Below are positions 22,996 through 23,182 of a stretch of 23,182 nucleotides of DNA, piece by piece. A program made the translations under genes and the position numbers. The DNA is from Ginkgo biloba. Taxonomy: Eukaryota > Plantae > Ginkgophyta. Each line of letters starts with the position of its first letter. The stretch's first letter is position 1. The notes under the pieces are model-generated. The model had not been told where the DNA came from and did not search any database. It saw nothing but the letters and a program-made list of their open reading frames with translations. Location: the NCBI GenBank assembly GCA_024626585.2, contig JANKJI020000002.1:202589984-202613165 (forward strand), read 5' to 3'.

Positions 22996-23182
22996 ATCTT
23001 AACCCATATAACTGAAATTTTTAAATTTTAAAGTTAAAGGATTACACCTATTTTAGGATGTTTGATGAGGTTCTCAGCATCTTTGGGAAGCTAATAAATA
23101 ATCTAGTATTCAAGATCTCAAACTTCTAGCCTTTTAACAACATTTTTTCTCTTTTTCAAGAAGTTATGAGTTTTATCATAAA
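22996..23182. repeat. Possible fragment of another LTR
   Basis: The reverse strand has AACTCATAACTTCTT...ACTAGAT...CTTCCCAAAG, resembling a motif set common in plant Gypsy LTRs. The LINE reading frame does not clearly resume here. Confidence 0.3.

Overview
No intact host gene, RNA gene or CRISPR array is visible. The window is very AT-rich, CpG-depleted plant intergenic DNA with about ten N gaps. It is made almost entirely of nested, decayed transposons; the motifs look gymnosperm-like, which is an inference. Left to right: (i) weak Ty3/Gypsy remnants (about 28-1146 minus; about 2030-4230 plus with PPT and LTR start; gag/protease about 5065-5940 plus); (ii) a recognisable Tat/Ogre-type pol on the minus strand (about 9975-6081), interrupted by a 289-bp hAT-type MITE with a perfect 8-bp TSD; (iii) a decayed Copia pol split by (iv) a complete 6.95-kb LTR element (11991-18943) with two ~770-bp LTRs, a 4/5 TSD, a decayed tRNA-Asp PBS and a PPT; (v) an L1-type LINE (DUF4283 ORF1 plus endonuclease) whose homology stops at about 22075; (vi) a solo LTR (22084-22990). 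The best candidate for something new is element (iv). It shows no gag-pol. Instead it holds two divergent accessory ORFs (about 2.9 kb antisense, about 0.65 kb sense) separated by a ~97-bp-period array of decayed G-box/ABRE motifs with a 3-unit higher-order structure. All translations were read by eye, and coordinates of degenerate domains are approximate.
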